From: Octopus sinensis
Taxonomy: Eukaryota
Direction of reading: 5' to 3'
Assembly: GCF_006345805.1 (NCBI RefSeq)
Contig: NC_043001.1
Span: 109,864,001 to 109,928,000, forward strand
Length of the DNA: 64,000 nt
Shown here: positions 52,986 through 64,000 of the stretch, in pieces
Position numbering within the stretch: the stretch's first letter is position 1
Layout of the letters: the number at the start of each line of letters is the position of its first letter
Program-made: the position numbers and the translations under genes
The notes under the pieces: generated by a model
The model's input: only the letters and a program-made list of their open reading frames with translations
Databases searched by the model: none
Told to the model about the DNA's origin: nothing

Positions 52986-54297
52986 TCTTACATAAGGGGA
53001 TTTGTGAAGAATCACATAGAAGAAACGACGACACCTGTCTACATATTATATTCTGTGCAGTAATTACTTCAAACTGTGTTCGAACTAAGAAAGGACAGTA
53101 TTAGCTGTCAGTCAAATAAGATTAAAAATATACGTGCTGATTTTTCTTTTATATGTTTCTTACCCGTTGACTTGGGCAAACCAAAGATTCATGAATAGAA
53201 CTAGTAGACCCGAACTGCAGATGCTCATCTATTATTATGTCTTATGAAACTAAATTGGCCACCCTTTTTGTTCCTGCTTCGTTTGTAGAACAAGCATTGA
53301 TCCTGGCTTTGCAGATGCATTGAGACTGGTAAGATTAAGGACGTTAGTGTTATATTTAATCTGTTTGAAGTCAACACACATAAAAAGAGCATGAGTTGGA
53401 AGAATATTAGATAGGAATGATGCTCTTGGGAGGAAGGACAGGGTGGGTAGTTAGGCGGTGGATTTGGCTAGATAAAAGAATGAGAGAAACAAGTGAGCAA
53501 GTGCGGTTGGGTGGAGATGACAAACCACCTGTCTTCTAAGAAGGTATCACTTAGAATATCGGCAGATATGATAGAATGGAGACAGCACAATTTGAGCTAG
53601 AGTGTGTATGTATGATATTTTTTATTTCTCACACCGGATGCGGTTCGAAATATTAGTTGTAATCCTCCTGCACCATTTTGGACATGATAGAGACATTTCA
53701 TTATAGATCGTATCTGAGCTTATTAGAATGTTATTCATGTTGTAGGCTGTTTCTAGACTTGAAGTAAAGTTCCAGTGTCAGAGATGCACTCCCAGTGATA
53801 TTGATGATGTAATTTTTTTGAAGACGTCCATCGGTTTTACTGAGGGCCACATTCTGGAGCGACCGAATGCGGTATTTGAGTGCTATCCAAGTGAAAGAAG
53901 TATATGACGCAATCGGTGTGTCTCGATGACACGAATCCATAGGGTACTTTTGAGGTTTCTTTTCATGAAATTAAGACACTTTTTAAAAATAGTATCTCAG
54001 ATGTGTTAGGGATCCTCCAAGAATTGATAAAATTTAGAGAGCATTCAAGCTCTATCTTTTGCGTTAGAATAGTTGTTGGAGCTGAGGTAAGTAGGTCATA
54101 GGTCAGTAAAATTAAAGCGTAAAGGAGTAGGGAACTGAGGCAGACAAGAATTCTCAGAGACTGGAGCAAATGGAGCATTCTTCGTATAATTCTTCATCTT
54201 CTTTAACCATATGCATATATATTAGCATAAAGGACAATGTTAGAAATAAGTTATGTAAAGATAGGTGTAGGAGTAGCTGAGTGGCAAGTATAGAAGT

Positions 54298-54705
54298 AAG
54301 AGTGGCTGTGTGGCAAGTAGCTTGCTTACAAACCGCATGGTTCCGGGTTCAGTCCCACTACGTGGCACTTTGGGCAAGTGTCTTCTACTATAGCCTCAGG
54401 CCGACCAAAGCCTTTTGAGTGGATTTGGTAGTCGGAAACTGAAAGAAGCCCGTTGTATTTATATATATATATTTGTATGCGCGTGTATATGTTTGTATGT
54501 CTGAGTTTGTCCCCCCAACATCGCTTGACAACCGATGCTGGTGTGTTTACGTCCCCGTAACTTAACGGTTCGGCAAAAGAGACCGATAGAATGAGTACTA
54601 GGTTTACAAAGAATAAATCCTGGGGTCAATTTGCTCGACTAAAGGCGGTGCTCCAGCATGGCCACAGTCACGTGACTAAAACAAGTAAAAGAGTAAAAGA
54701 GTAAA
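54298..54705 (+). mobile_element. SINE family A, preceded by a short duplicated head fragment (~54265-54290)
   Basis: Collinear with other family A copies; (AAAGAGTA)n tail. Confidence 0.9.
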
Positions 54706-55228
54706 CAGAAACTCAAACCAAATTTAAGAGAAAATATGATAAATAAAACACAAAAAAACTTCAGTTTCCGAATTCTTTAAAATAATTTAGTTTTCTTTTT
54801 CTTCTGTTTTTGCAAATACATTTGCAAAACATTATTGTTTGAAAAGCGCAGTTGAAATGTAAAATTTGAGAATCTTAGATTTAAATGGCAATGAAAATTG
54901 TCTTGGCAGGAACAAGCTTTTATTCTTTTAAAATTAGTTTGTCTTTTCTATTGATGAAGCCTCTTATTGGTTATATATATAATCGTTATTAGTGGATGAG
55001 TGACGTATTAAAATATACTCGACATTGATTATGAATAATTATCGAGGACAACGTTGTGATGTAGAATACTATCCATTTAACCATTGAAAAACATTAACGA
55101 TTAATATCGACTTGTTCTATTTTTAAGTTTTCCTATAAGCAGGGCTATTATAACTGAGTTAACGGCTCATCTAATGAATGCCATACGGAGTCGTAGTATA
55201 CATATATACATACACACATATATATATA

Positions 55229-55272
<44 letters not shown>

Positions 55273-55552
55273 ACAAAAGGTAAAATTAATTAATTTAGAA
55301 GTAATCAATAATTTCACCAAGTAGAATTCGGCATGAAAAAAGGACCATTTCATGGTAGACTTAAGTAATACTAAATAACTAGGGTTCAGCAAAGATTTGC
55401 TTTACCACATACCGAAGTTTAGAAATAGCAGCCAAAAAACGTTAGCTATTTCTTCTACTTTAAAAAGGGACTCCCAGAAAAACCAAAATACTTGAAAACA
55501 ATCCACACAGGCAGAGAGGAAGAAGTAACGAAAATCAATCAATATCTGGTCA

Positions 55553-55635
55553 CCTATGGACGCGCGTTTCGGAATTAGGTTGGAATGAAGAATATAGAAT
55601 TATACTCTACCAACCGTTTTCCTCTTCAGCATAGG
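55553..55635 (-). ncRNA. Type I hammerhead ribozyme, canonical core (left-arm copy)
   Basis: Minus strand CCTATG-CTGAAGA-GGAA...GGTTGG...CCAACC...TTCC-GAAA-CGCGC-GTC-CATAGG. Confidence 0.85.
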
Positions 55636-55994
55636 ACCCCATCAATAATTAAATATTGAAATATTAAATTCGAAGATACTGGAATAATTGAACATATCTC
55701 TCCACCTAGCGGTATCAAACAAATAATATTCAGTGTTAGTACCGCCGGATACCCTTTGTTATTATTGGTAATAGAATTTTCTCCCTGATAACAAGCTACA
55801 GATTTTTTTCTGTAGTAGTTTACTTGTAGACACATGAGGACGGGCAGGGGAGGGTAATTGAACCTCATTCATGTTTTGAATCCGGCGGTACTAACACTGA
55901 ATATTATCTGCCTGATACCGTTAGGTGGAGAGATATGTTCAATTATTCCAGTACCTTCGAATTTAATATTTCAATATTTAATTATTGATGGGGT

Positions 55995-56077
55995 CCTATG
56001 CTGAAGAGGAAAACGGTTGGTAAAGTATAATTCTATATTCTTCCTTCCAACATAATTCCGAAACGCGCGTCCATAGG
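55995..56077 (+). ncRNA. Type I hammerhead ribozyme, canonical core (right-arm copy)
   Basis: Stem I CCTATG(55995)/CATAGG(56072); CTGAAGA 56001-56007; stem II GGAA/TTCC extended by GTTGG/CCAAC; GAAA 56060; palindromic ACGCGCGT stem III; GUC with cleavage predicted after 56071. Confidence 0.85.
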
Positions 56078-56264
56078 TGACCAGATATTGATTGATTTTC
56101 GTTACTGCTTCCTCTCTGCCTGCGTGGATTGTTTTCAAGTATTTTGGTTTTTCTGGGAGTCCCTTTTTAAAGTAAAAGAAATAGCTAACGTTTTTTGGCT
56201 GCTATTTCTAAACTTCGGTATGTGGTAAAGCAAATCTTTGCTGAACCCTAATTATTTAGTATTA

Positions 56265-56269
56265 TATAG

Positions 56270-56367
<98 letters not shown>

Positions 56368-56490
56368 ATATATATATGTATGTATATATATATATGTATG
56401 TATATATATATATGTATGCATATATATATATATGTATGTATATATATATATGTATATATATAATATATATGTATATATATATATATGTTA

Positions 56491-56524
<34 letters not shown>

Positions 56525-56602
56525 TATATATATATGTATGTATATATATATGTATGTATATATATATGTATGTATATATATATATGTATGTATATATATA
56601 TG

Positions 56603-56676
<74 letters not shown>
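56265..56676. repeat. ~400-bp (TA)n/(TATG)n microsatellite
   Basis: Direct reading; abuts the right arm of the palindrome. Confidence 0.95.
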
Positions 56677-57082
56677 AGCCAATGAACAAAATGGAGAAGA
56701 GATTCAATTGACAAACATTAGTAAGATATATATTTATTATAATCATAGGAATAAATAAATAAATGTCAACTTTGTAGCATACTGGAACCCCAAAGTAGAA
56801 ACAGCCATGCGGATTTTTGTCTTGAAGTACGAGATGAATTCCGCAGTACGACCACACAAATATATCTTTAAGGTAATTCAGTTAATAAAACCAGCTTGCA
56901 TATTTCTTTTGCATTCTCTTTTTCATAATTGACATTTTACTTGTAACTAGAACTTTTCTGTTTTAAATACCACAAAACATTATTTTTGAGTGTATTTTGG
57001 GGGGCTGGGGCTGGAACGGAATAATTAATTTTATTTAATTTCAATGGGGAAAATTGATTTGTAAAACGAGTAGATCGTAAGA

Positions 57083-57410
57083 GTGAGGGCGCGTGGCTTA
57101 GTGGTTAGGGCATTCGGCTCATGATCGTAAGGTTGTGAGTTCGATTCCCGGCGACGCGTTGTGTCCTTGAGCAAGACACTTTATTTCACGTTGCTCCAGT
57201 CCACTCAGCTGGCAAAAATGACTTGTACTTGTATTTCAAAGGGTCAGCCTTGTCACTCTCTGTGTCACGCTGATTATCCCCGAGAACTACGTTAAGGGTA
57301 CACGTGTCTGTGGAATGCTCAGCCATTTGCACGTTAATTTCACGAGCAAGCTGTTCCGTTGATCGTATCAGCTGGGACCCTCGTCGTCGTAACCGGTGGA
57401 GACAAAGAGA
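57083..57410 (+). mobile_element. SINE head 2 + tail B, with TSD
   Basis: A box TGGCTTAGTGG, B box GAGTTCGATTCCC; tail as in 17856. 11-bp TSD AGATCGTAAGA at 57072-57082 and 57411-57421. Confidence 0.92.
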
Positions 57411-57764
57411 AGATCGTAAGACGAACTCGGTCATGGAACGAATTTAACTCGTACTGCGAGGTATCACTGAATTTGCAATGTTCATGTTGTTTCCCTTCGC
57501 TAAGTTTCTTATTTTTCTTTTAACTATTTATGATACATCTTTCTTAGCCAGTTGTTATTTTGGTGAGCCCGCTGAGTATTGATAATATCTCTTCATTTTT
57601 TTCATTCATACCAGGGTTTCTCTGAACGAAGATAATATACCTGTTTTCTAAATTCTACGGAGTATATTGTCATGACACAGAAAAACACCAGTAGTGAAAT
57701 TTATTCGTTTGATTTCAGTATGTTTTTCTAACTTATAGGCTGTGATAAAAATATTGAGTGACTC

Positions 57765-57950
57765 TAGGGCAAGCAGGTTCGTAGCTTTTCATCAGTCTTT
57801 CCGTTCTGAGCTCAAATTCTGCTGAGGTCAACTTTAGCTTTCATCCTTTAAGGGTCGATGAAATAAGTACTAGTTGAATACTGAGACCGATATAATCGAC
57901 TTATACCCTTTTTCGAACTTGTTGGCCTTGTGCCAAAATTTTAACCAATA
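57765..57950 (+). mobile_element. Old SINE family B copy
   Basis: CCGTTCTGAGCTCAAATTCTGCTGAGGTCAACTTTAGCTTTCATCC core. Confidence 0.65.
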
Positions 57951-57996
57951 TTAAGGGACACTAAATCTTAGTCGTAAATTGTCCAGTAAAAAAATT

Positions 57997-58293
57997 GTTG
58001 TTGTTTCTTCCTTCTCAAGCCTTGCCTGGCTTATAGGGCCGTTTTCCTTGGCCTATAGATTCCCCACCTGGACGGGACGCCGGTTCGACGCAGGTGAGCT
58101 GCTAGATGCAGGAAGAAAGAGTGAGAGAAAGTTGTGGCGAAAGAGTCAGCAGAAGTTTGCCATTACCTTCTGCCGGAGCCGCGTGGAGCTTAGGTGTTTC
58201 GCTCATAAACACACACATCGCCTGGTCTGAGATTCGAACCCGCGATCCCTCAACCGCGAGTTTGCTGCTCTAACCAGTAGGCTAGGTGCCTCA
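57997..58293 (-). mobile_element. Older SINE, head-1-like + tail-A-like
   Basis: Minus-strand GGGTTCGAATCTC B box and CGGCGTCCCGTCCAGGTGGGG tail; near-TSD AGT(A)7-8TT on both sides. Confidence 0.8.
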
Positions 58294-59784
58294 AGTAAAA
58301 AAAATTAAGATGTCTAATTTAGTGTCAACATAAACAGATAATCTGTAATAGAAAGATTTTTCAGAATTCAGCATTTTTGTGAACGGTCTTCCAAAAACAT
58401 ATATGCTAGAAAATTTATTTGAAGAGAAAAGATGCACCACCCGATATTCTAAGCATGTTTCTCAAACTAATTCCCATATTAAAACTGAGATGTCTTTGGA
58501 AGTACTATAAAGTATCGTACAGACAGTTTTCGTTTCGGTACATCAAAAACTTATTAGAAGTCGTTCTACACACATTTCTCTGCATGTTACTATTTTGTTT
58601 TAGTGTTCATTTTATTGTCTCCTGTCGTTATGTATTTTCATAAATATAGACTGAGCTTTAAATATGGCTCTATATGCAATTATGTTCAGAAATAAAAAAA
58701 AAAGTTATATATGACATGATGCGACTTTAATATTCGACAAATCGATACCTTTATATATAATTGAACTCGTAGACAGCTGAAAATAGTTATGCAGATCAAA
58801 ATTGCACATATATATATCTAGACACGTCTTCTCCAACGTTTTTAAGTGTCTATTTGAACCACAAGCTGTTTATTTTATTCATATATTCTTTGAGAAAAGT
58901 TCATAAAACATCCAATACTGGCCGTTGCTAATATTTACTAGTTGCCTTTTCATATCACTCTTGTCACTTGCGGGTTGGACAGGCTGCTTTCTAATCTGAT
59001 CTTTGGATTCAACGCCCCAAGGGAAGTCAAAAACAAAGCTTAAATATGAGCAACAGTCTAGTGTTATATCATTTTTTATTGCGATGCATTACGTCGTTGA
59101 CATATATTTATCGCTGAGGCAGTTGAGCTCAGCAAAGAAACTTACTTCTGAAATACGTTTTCTTTATGATCCCAATGCGCAGCATCTAAACCGTAATTAT
59201 TGTACCATGTCTTGGATCTTCCCAAGCGTGACAGGGAATTTTGACAAACGAACTATTCGAACGGTTTCCGTCTGTTTCGCGTAGTGTATTTAATCCCTCG
59301 CTGGCCGTGTGTAAAGCTAGACACTTATGAAATAAATATCTAACGAATATTCAGAATAGGTCTCCAGTTTCAGGTAATATCATTTCTCTCGGAACGGATG
59401 CCCTGAAAAACAGATTACGAGAACATTTCTTCGTCATCTGACAACGGTGATGAAGAAAGAAATCCGGCAGTAAATATTTGTTTAAAATTTAGGCAAAAGT
59501 TTAGTATTTTTAAGTGGAGGGTTTTTAAATTCACTCTACGCCAGTACTTGGTACTTTTTGTCATCTACCTGAAAAAGATGAACGGCAAAATTTTTCTCTG
59601 CGATATTTGAATTCAGATTGTGAAAGGACCAAAACAATATTGTAACGTTTATTCCGGAATTTCAAACGATTTTGCTGTTCCATGGTCATGGATTGCACTG
59701 AGCAGCATGATAATAATAATACTGTTAAGCATAATAACAAAAAAGATAATATTAATATTTACTTATTTAGTGACAATTTCAGGA

Positions 59785-59854
59785 ATTTTGAAGTTACAGC
59801 TTCAGGAATGGGTTAACATTAGTTAACTCATTTTTGAAGCTGTAACTTCAAAAT
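59785..59854 (+). repeat. 70-nt hairpin, 33-bp stem, 4-nt loop
   Basis: 30 Watson-Crick and 3 G-T pairs, loop ATTA (59818-59821). Confidence 0.85.
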
Positions 59855-60100
59855 CATCGATTCGAAGACGTAACTGGAATTTTCTTATAAAAATCTAGAA
59901 AACATGAAATGCACTGTTTTCCATGGTGCAATCCGACCTCGCAATACTCTCATTAGCAACGACTACAAAGGAGGACCATGGGCTGGAGGTTGGTAAGGCT
60001 TCATCCACCAGGGGTAGTAGGAAGTCACTAACAAGTGGTGGATGTTGCAGAGCGCTGTTACAGCGCATGCACCTTACTACTACTACTACTACTACTATTC

Positions 60101-60352
60101 TTGAAATTAACGTGCAAGAGGCTGAGCATTCCACAGATACGTGTACCCTTAACGTAGTTCTCAGGGAGATTCAGCGTGACGCAGAGTTTGACAATGTTGG
60201 CCCTTCGAAATACAGGTACAACTCATTTTTACCAGCTGAGTGGACTGGAGCAACGTGAAATAAAGTTTCTTGCTCAGGGACACAACGCGTCGCCGGGAAT
60301 AGAACTCACGACCTGTGAGCCGAATGCCCTAACCACTAAACCATGCGCGTTC
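60101..60352 (-). mobile_element. SINE head 2 + tail B, 3'-truncated
   Basis: Reverse complement of the 57083 element up to the ACGTTAATTTCA block. Confidence 0.85.
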
Positions 60353-60647
60353 ACTCGCAGCAAACTATGTCGTATCTGTGTGTGTGTGTGCGTGTGTATT
60401 TCCATGTATGTGTGTGTATTCTCTAATCCTGTCATTGAAGAACGACGTAATGTTCAGTGACACACATTCAGCTCACTCTACCAATGAACTATAATTAGTG
60501 TCTAGCGAAAAGTCTTATTAACTATGTAAGAACATCAGTCACCGATTTCTTTCTAACACGACTATGCGTGGATTAATATGATTATAAATCATTTAGTACA
60601 TCTATCAAATTATCTGTCTGCCAGACGGCCTCTGTATCACACTCTCT

Positions 60648-60685
<38 letters not shown>

Positions 60686-60774
60686 CCCAGCGTGATTAGT
60701 GACAGATAGATAGACAGAGAGTCAGTGATAGAGACACACGAACATGAGAGGGATTAGGCGTGTTATACATATGT

Positions 60775-60960
60775 TCTTTTATTTTTTTCAGTCATTTGAC
60801 TACGGCCATGCTGGAGTACCGCCTTTAGTCGAAAGAATCGAACCCAGGGTTTATTCTTTGTAAACCTACTACTTAATCTATCGCTCTCATTTACCAGCAT
60901 CGATTGTCAAGCGATGGTGGGGGGCGAGATAAAAACAGACACAGAAACAAATAAACAAAT
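60775..60960 (-). mobile_element. SINE family A, 3' half
   Basis: TTTGACTACGGCCATGCTGGAGTACCGCCTTTAGTCGA reverse-complement tail. Confidence 0.75.
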
Positions 60961-60982
60961 GCACACACAAACACACTCACTC

Positions 60983-61011
<29 letters not shown>

Positions 61012-61014
<3 letters not shown>

Positions 61015-61659
61015 GAGTTGTGGGAAAAATGGTGAAAGCGTATGGCATATTACCAGTTAATGTACGCCACTAGCCCAGAGAGAAATTAAGAGGCGTTATG
61101 ACAATATGGCAAGGATTGTCTATTGGACAATTTGCAACAAGTATGGACTTCACAGAGCAAAAAAGTAGTACGAACATAAACCCAAAAGTATCATCGAAAG
61201 TGATAATGCAAAGATCCTATGGGATTTTATGATTCAGTGTGACCATAAGATAGTGAATAGGAAGCCTGACAGTTTTAAATGAGAAAGAAAACAAACTATG
61301 CTGAATCATAGATATAGCATGCACAGCTGACAAGGTATGCCTGAAGGAAGAACGAACAGTTGATAGATATGACATGGTAGCTTGGAGGCGAGGTTAAGCA
61401 GTTCTGGTCGATGAATTAAATGGTAGTAGTACCAATAATTGTCGGAATCCTGGGAACAGTGGGTAAAAATCTTGAGGAGTACATGTAAGAAATAGGGACT
61501 AAAATAAAAAAAAGTAAAGCAGTCGAAGAAAGAAGCATGCTTGGAACAGCTAGGATACTCCGGAAGATGCTCGAAAAATAAGGGATGTTACCTCAGGTCA
61601 TTGTCTGTAAACACCTGGCACCGTAGTACATCTCCAGCTTTAGAAGCTGTGTAAAGACA

Positions 61660-61660
<1 letters not shown>
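61012..61660 (+). pseudogene. 5'-truncated R4/Dong-clade non-LTR retrotransposon (CCHC + restriction-like endonuclease)
   Basis: CGKNGESVWHITS*CTPLAQRE (C-x8-H-x4-C), KILWDFMIQCDHKIVNRKPD, IIDIAC, VVPIIVGILGTV and LGTARILRKML. Confidence 0.88.
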
Positions 61661-61712
<52 letters not shown>

Positions 61713-61713
61713 C

Positions 61714-61763
<50 letters not shown>

Positions 61764-61785
61764 TGATGATGATGATAATGATAAA
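61661..61785. repeat. (AAT)n then (GAT)n directly 3' of the R4/Dong fragment
   Basis: Direct reading. Confidence 0.95.
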
Positions 61786-62021
61786 CATTTTCGAAACATT
61801 TTACAGAAAACAACAAGGAAAACATTTGGAAAATGTACGTACTTAGTTTTAATTGATAAACATATATATAATTTTTCACTCCAATCTGTTTATCTCTCTC
61901 GAATTTATTGAAAAAGAAAAAGAAAACAGATTTTATTAAATGACAAACAATATTTTGTAGAAACAACTCACAAACTCTGAAATAAAGATTATAAATGAGA
62001 TTACGGTCACTAAAAAAATAT

Positions 62022-62180
62022 AGGAGTGGCTGTGTGGTAAGTAGCTTGCTTACCAACCACATGGTTCCAGGTTCAGTCCCACTGCGTGGCCCTTGGGCAA
62101 GTGTCTTTCACTATGGCCTCGAGCCGACCAAAGATTTGTGAGTGGATTTGGTAGAGGGATACTGAAAGAAGCCCGTCTTA

Positions 62181-62229
<49 letters not shown>

Positions 62230-62432
62230 GTTTGTGTGTCTGTGTTTGTCCCCACCAACATCGCTTGACAACCGATGCTGGTGTGTTTGCGTACCCGTAG
62301 AGACCGATAGAATAAGAACTAGGCTTACAAAGAAATAAGCCCTAGGGTAGATTTGCTCGACTAAAGGCGGTGCTCCTGCATGGCCGCAGTCAAATGACTG
62401 AAACAATTAAAAGAGTCAAAGAGAGAGTAAAG
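62022..62432 (+). mobile_element. SINE family A
   Basis: TAGGAGTGGCTGTGTGGTAAGTAGC start; collinear with other copies. Confidence 0.9.
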
Positions 62433-63029
62433 AGTATATATCGTTTGTTTTTCATGAAAATAGACTATTTGAAGATTCGCGCAACAATAGAGATAACAAT
62501 GGCAAAGACAGCTATGCATAAAATTACCCATCCCCGTTCGCTAAAATGGGTACCTTGTTTGAGGGATGGGAAACGGAATAAGACTCCATCACCCACCTCA
62601 TTATTTCACGACAGGCGATGTGGAATGCAGCAAAAGTCGTTAACAAATTAGGAAATACGAAAAGCGACACCTGGTTGAATAAAGTAGATTTCTACGGGTT
62701 GAATGCCTGTTGAACTTCAAACATGGACTCGTGGAAGATATCTGCTGTAGCTGGAAGCAGAACTGGGGATTTTACTAATCCTGTGAAAGGAAGTGTGGAG
62801 ATGTAGCAGGTAGTGTTGATAATTCCGGCCATTTAGTCTGACAAGATATTTGTGTTTGTTGTTGATACTTTTGTAGGAGAGACATATAGATGTCACATCC
62901 AAAAATCGAATTTCGCCCAGGTCGAATACATACGCTTTTAATCCTTTTGAGGTCGATAAAATAGGGATTAGCAATGGGATTGATCTTATCGAATTATCCC
63001 CTTCCTTGAACATGCTGGCTTGAATCCAT

Positions 63030-63185
63030 CATGATGATGATAATCATCATCATCATCGTCGTCGGCATTTAAAAAATGCCTAATACTACTACTACTACTA
63101 CTACTACTATCACCATCACCACCACCACCACTACTACTACTACCACCACCAGCACCATCAGCAGCAGCACCACCACCACCACCAC

Positions 63186-63226
<41 letters not shown>

Positions 63227-63590
63227 GATGATGATGATGGTTATTGTTATTATTGTTTTTTTCCCTTCTTTCTTCAAATTTTCTTCCGTTTCTCGCCGAG
63301 TGTTTTCCGTATACCTAGGGCAGGAAACTCATTGTATGCATTCTCAGATTACACACGCAAATTCACAGATAAAATATGTATTTGAAAAATTAATAAAGAA
63401 ATAAATTCATGAATGGATGTTGCTTTCACAGCAATAATACTCTTCTTAGTACATTACTATTATTATTATTATTATTGTTGTTGTTGTCGTTGTTGTTGTT
63501 GCTGTTGTTGTTGTTATTATTGTTGTTGTTGTTATTTTTGTTGTTGTTGTTGTCGTTATTATCATTATTTTTATTATTACTAACGCAGCG
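63030..63590. repeat. (CAT)n/(CTA)n/(CAC)n and (TTA/TTG)n trinucleotide tracts
   Basis: Direct reading. Confidence 0.85.
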
Positions 63591-63790
63591 AGCTGACAGA
63601 AACGTTAGCACGCCGGGCGAAATGCTTAGCAGTATTTCGTCTGCCGCTACGTTCTAAATTCAAATTTTGCCGAGGTCGCCTTCGCCTGTCATCGTTTCGG
63701 GATCGATGACATAAGTACCAGTTACACACTTGGGTCGATATAATCGACTAGCCCCCTTCCCCCAAAATTTTCAAGGCCTTGTGCCTGAGT
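63585..63790 (+). mobile_element. SINE family B with family 3' end
   Basis: GCAGCGAGCTGACAGAAACGTTAGCACGCCGGGCG head; CCCCAAAATTTTCAAGGCCTTGTGCC end. Confidence 0.85.
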
Positions 63791-63900
63791 TGAATTAATA
63801 ATAATAATAATGTTAATAGTAATAATAATAATAATAATAATAATGATAGTTATTATTATTATTAGTAGTAGTATTAGTATGATTGTTGTTTTTGTTGTTG

Positions 63901-63936
<36 letters not shown>

Positions 63937-64000
63937 TATTATTATCAGATGGTGGCCTACTGAATAGATAATGCATAGCAAAAAAAACAAAAACAAAACA

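Larger units (their letters stand above)
55366..56264. mobile_element. Inverted repeat with 385-bp arms (12 differences) and 129-bp spacer; probable Penelope-like inverted pLTR pair
   Basis: 55366-55750 vs 55880-56264 aligned base by base without indels. Each arm contains a hammerhead. Confidence 0.9.

Noticed and set aside
53330-54180. Possible decayed Penelope-type RT on the minus strand
   Set aside because: Only scattered hints (HSYL, RLTT) across frameshifts; needs a profile-HMM search to support.

Overview
Strongly AT-rich, microsatellite-saturated eukaryotic DNA, intronic or intergenic in character. The SINE families and repeat load resemble coleoid cephalopod (Octopus) genomes; this is recall-based inference, not a database result. 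No host protein-coding gene could be identified with confidence, and nearly all supplied ORFs are translations of simple repeats. Supported content: about 30 full or partial tRNA-derived SINE copies, several with target-site duplications (TSDs), including two tandem SINE concatemers. Decayed autonomous elements are a CR1/L2-type RT fragment, an internally deleted Helitron, a mariner carrying a nested SINE, an RTE 3' end, an R4/Dong-type 3' end and a Tigger-like end. There is also a ~2.3 kb old foldback with modular arms. The most interesting signal is a recurrent class of short palindromic elements beside (TA)n tracts, whose arms diverge from a centre and carry minimal hammerhead ribozyme (HHR) motifs of the Penelope-like-element type. 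These are a 385-bp-arm palindrome with two intact canonical HHRs (55366-56264), a perfect 195-bp-arm palindrome with a U3-A8 compensatory-core HHR (11112-11574), and degenerate cases at 34737-34884 and 44806-45070 (possible G3-C8 core).
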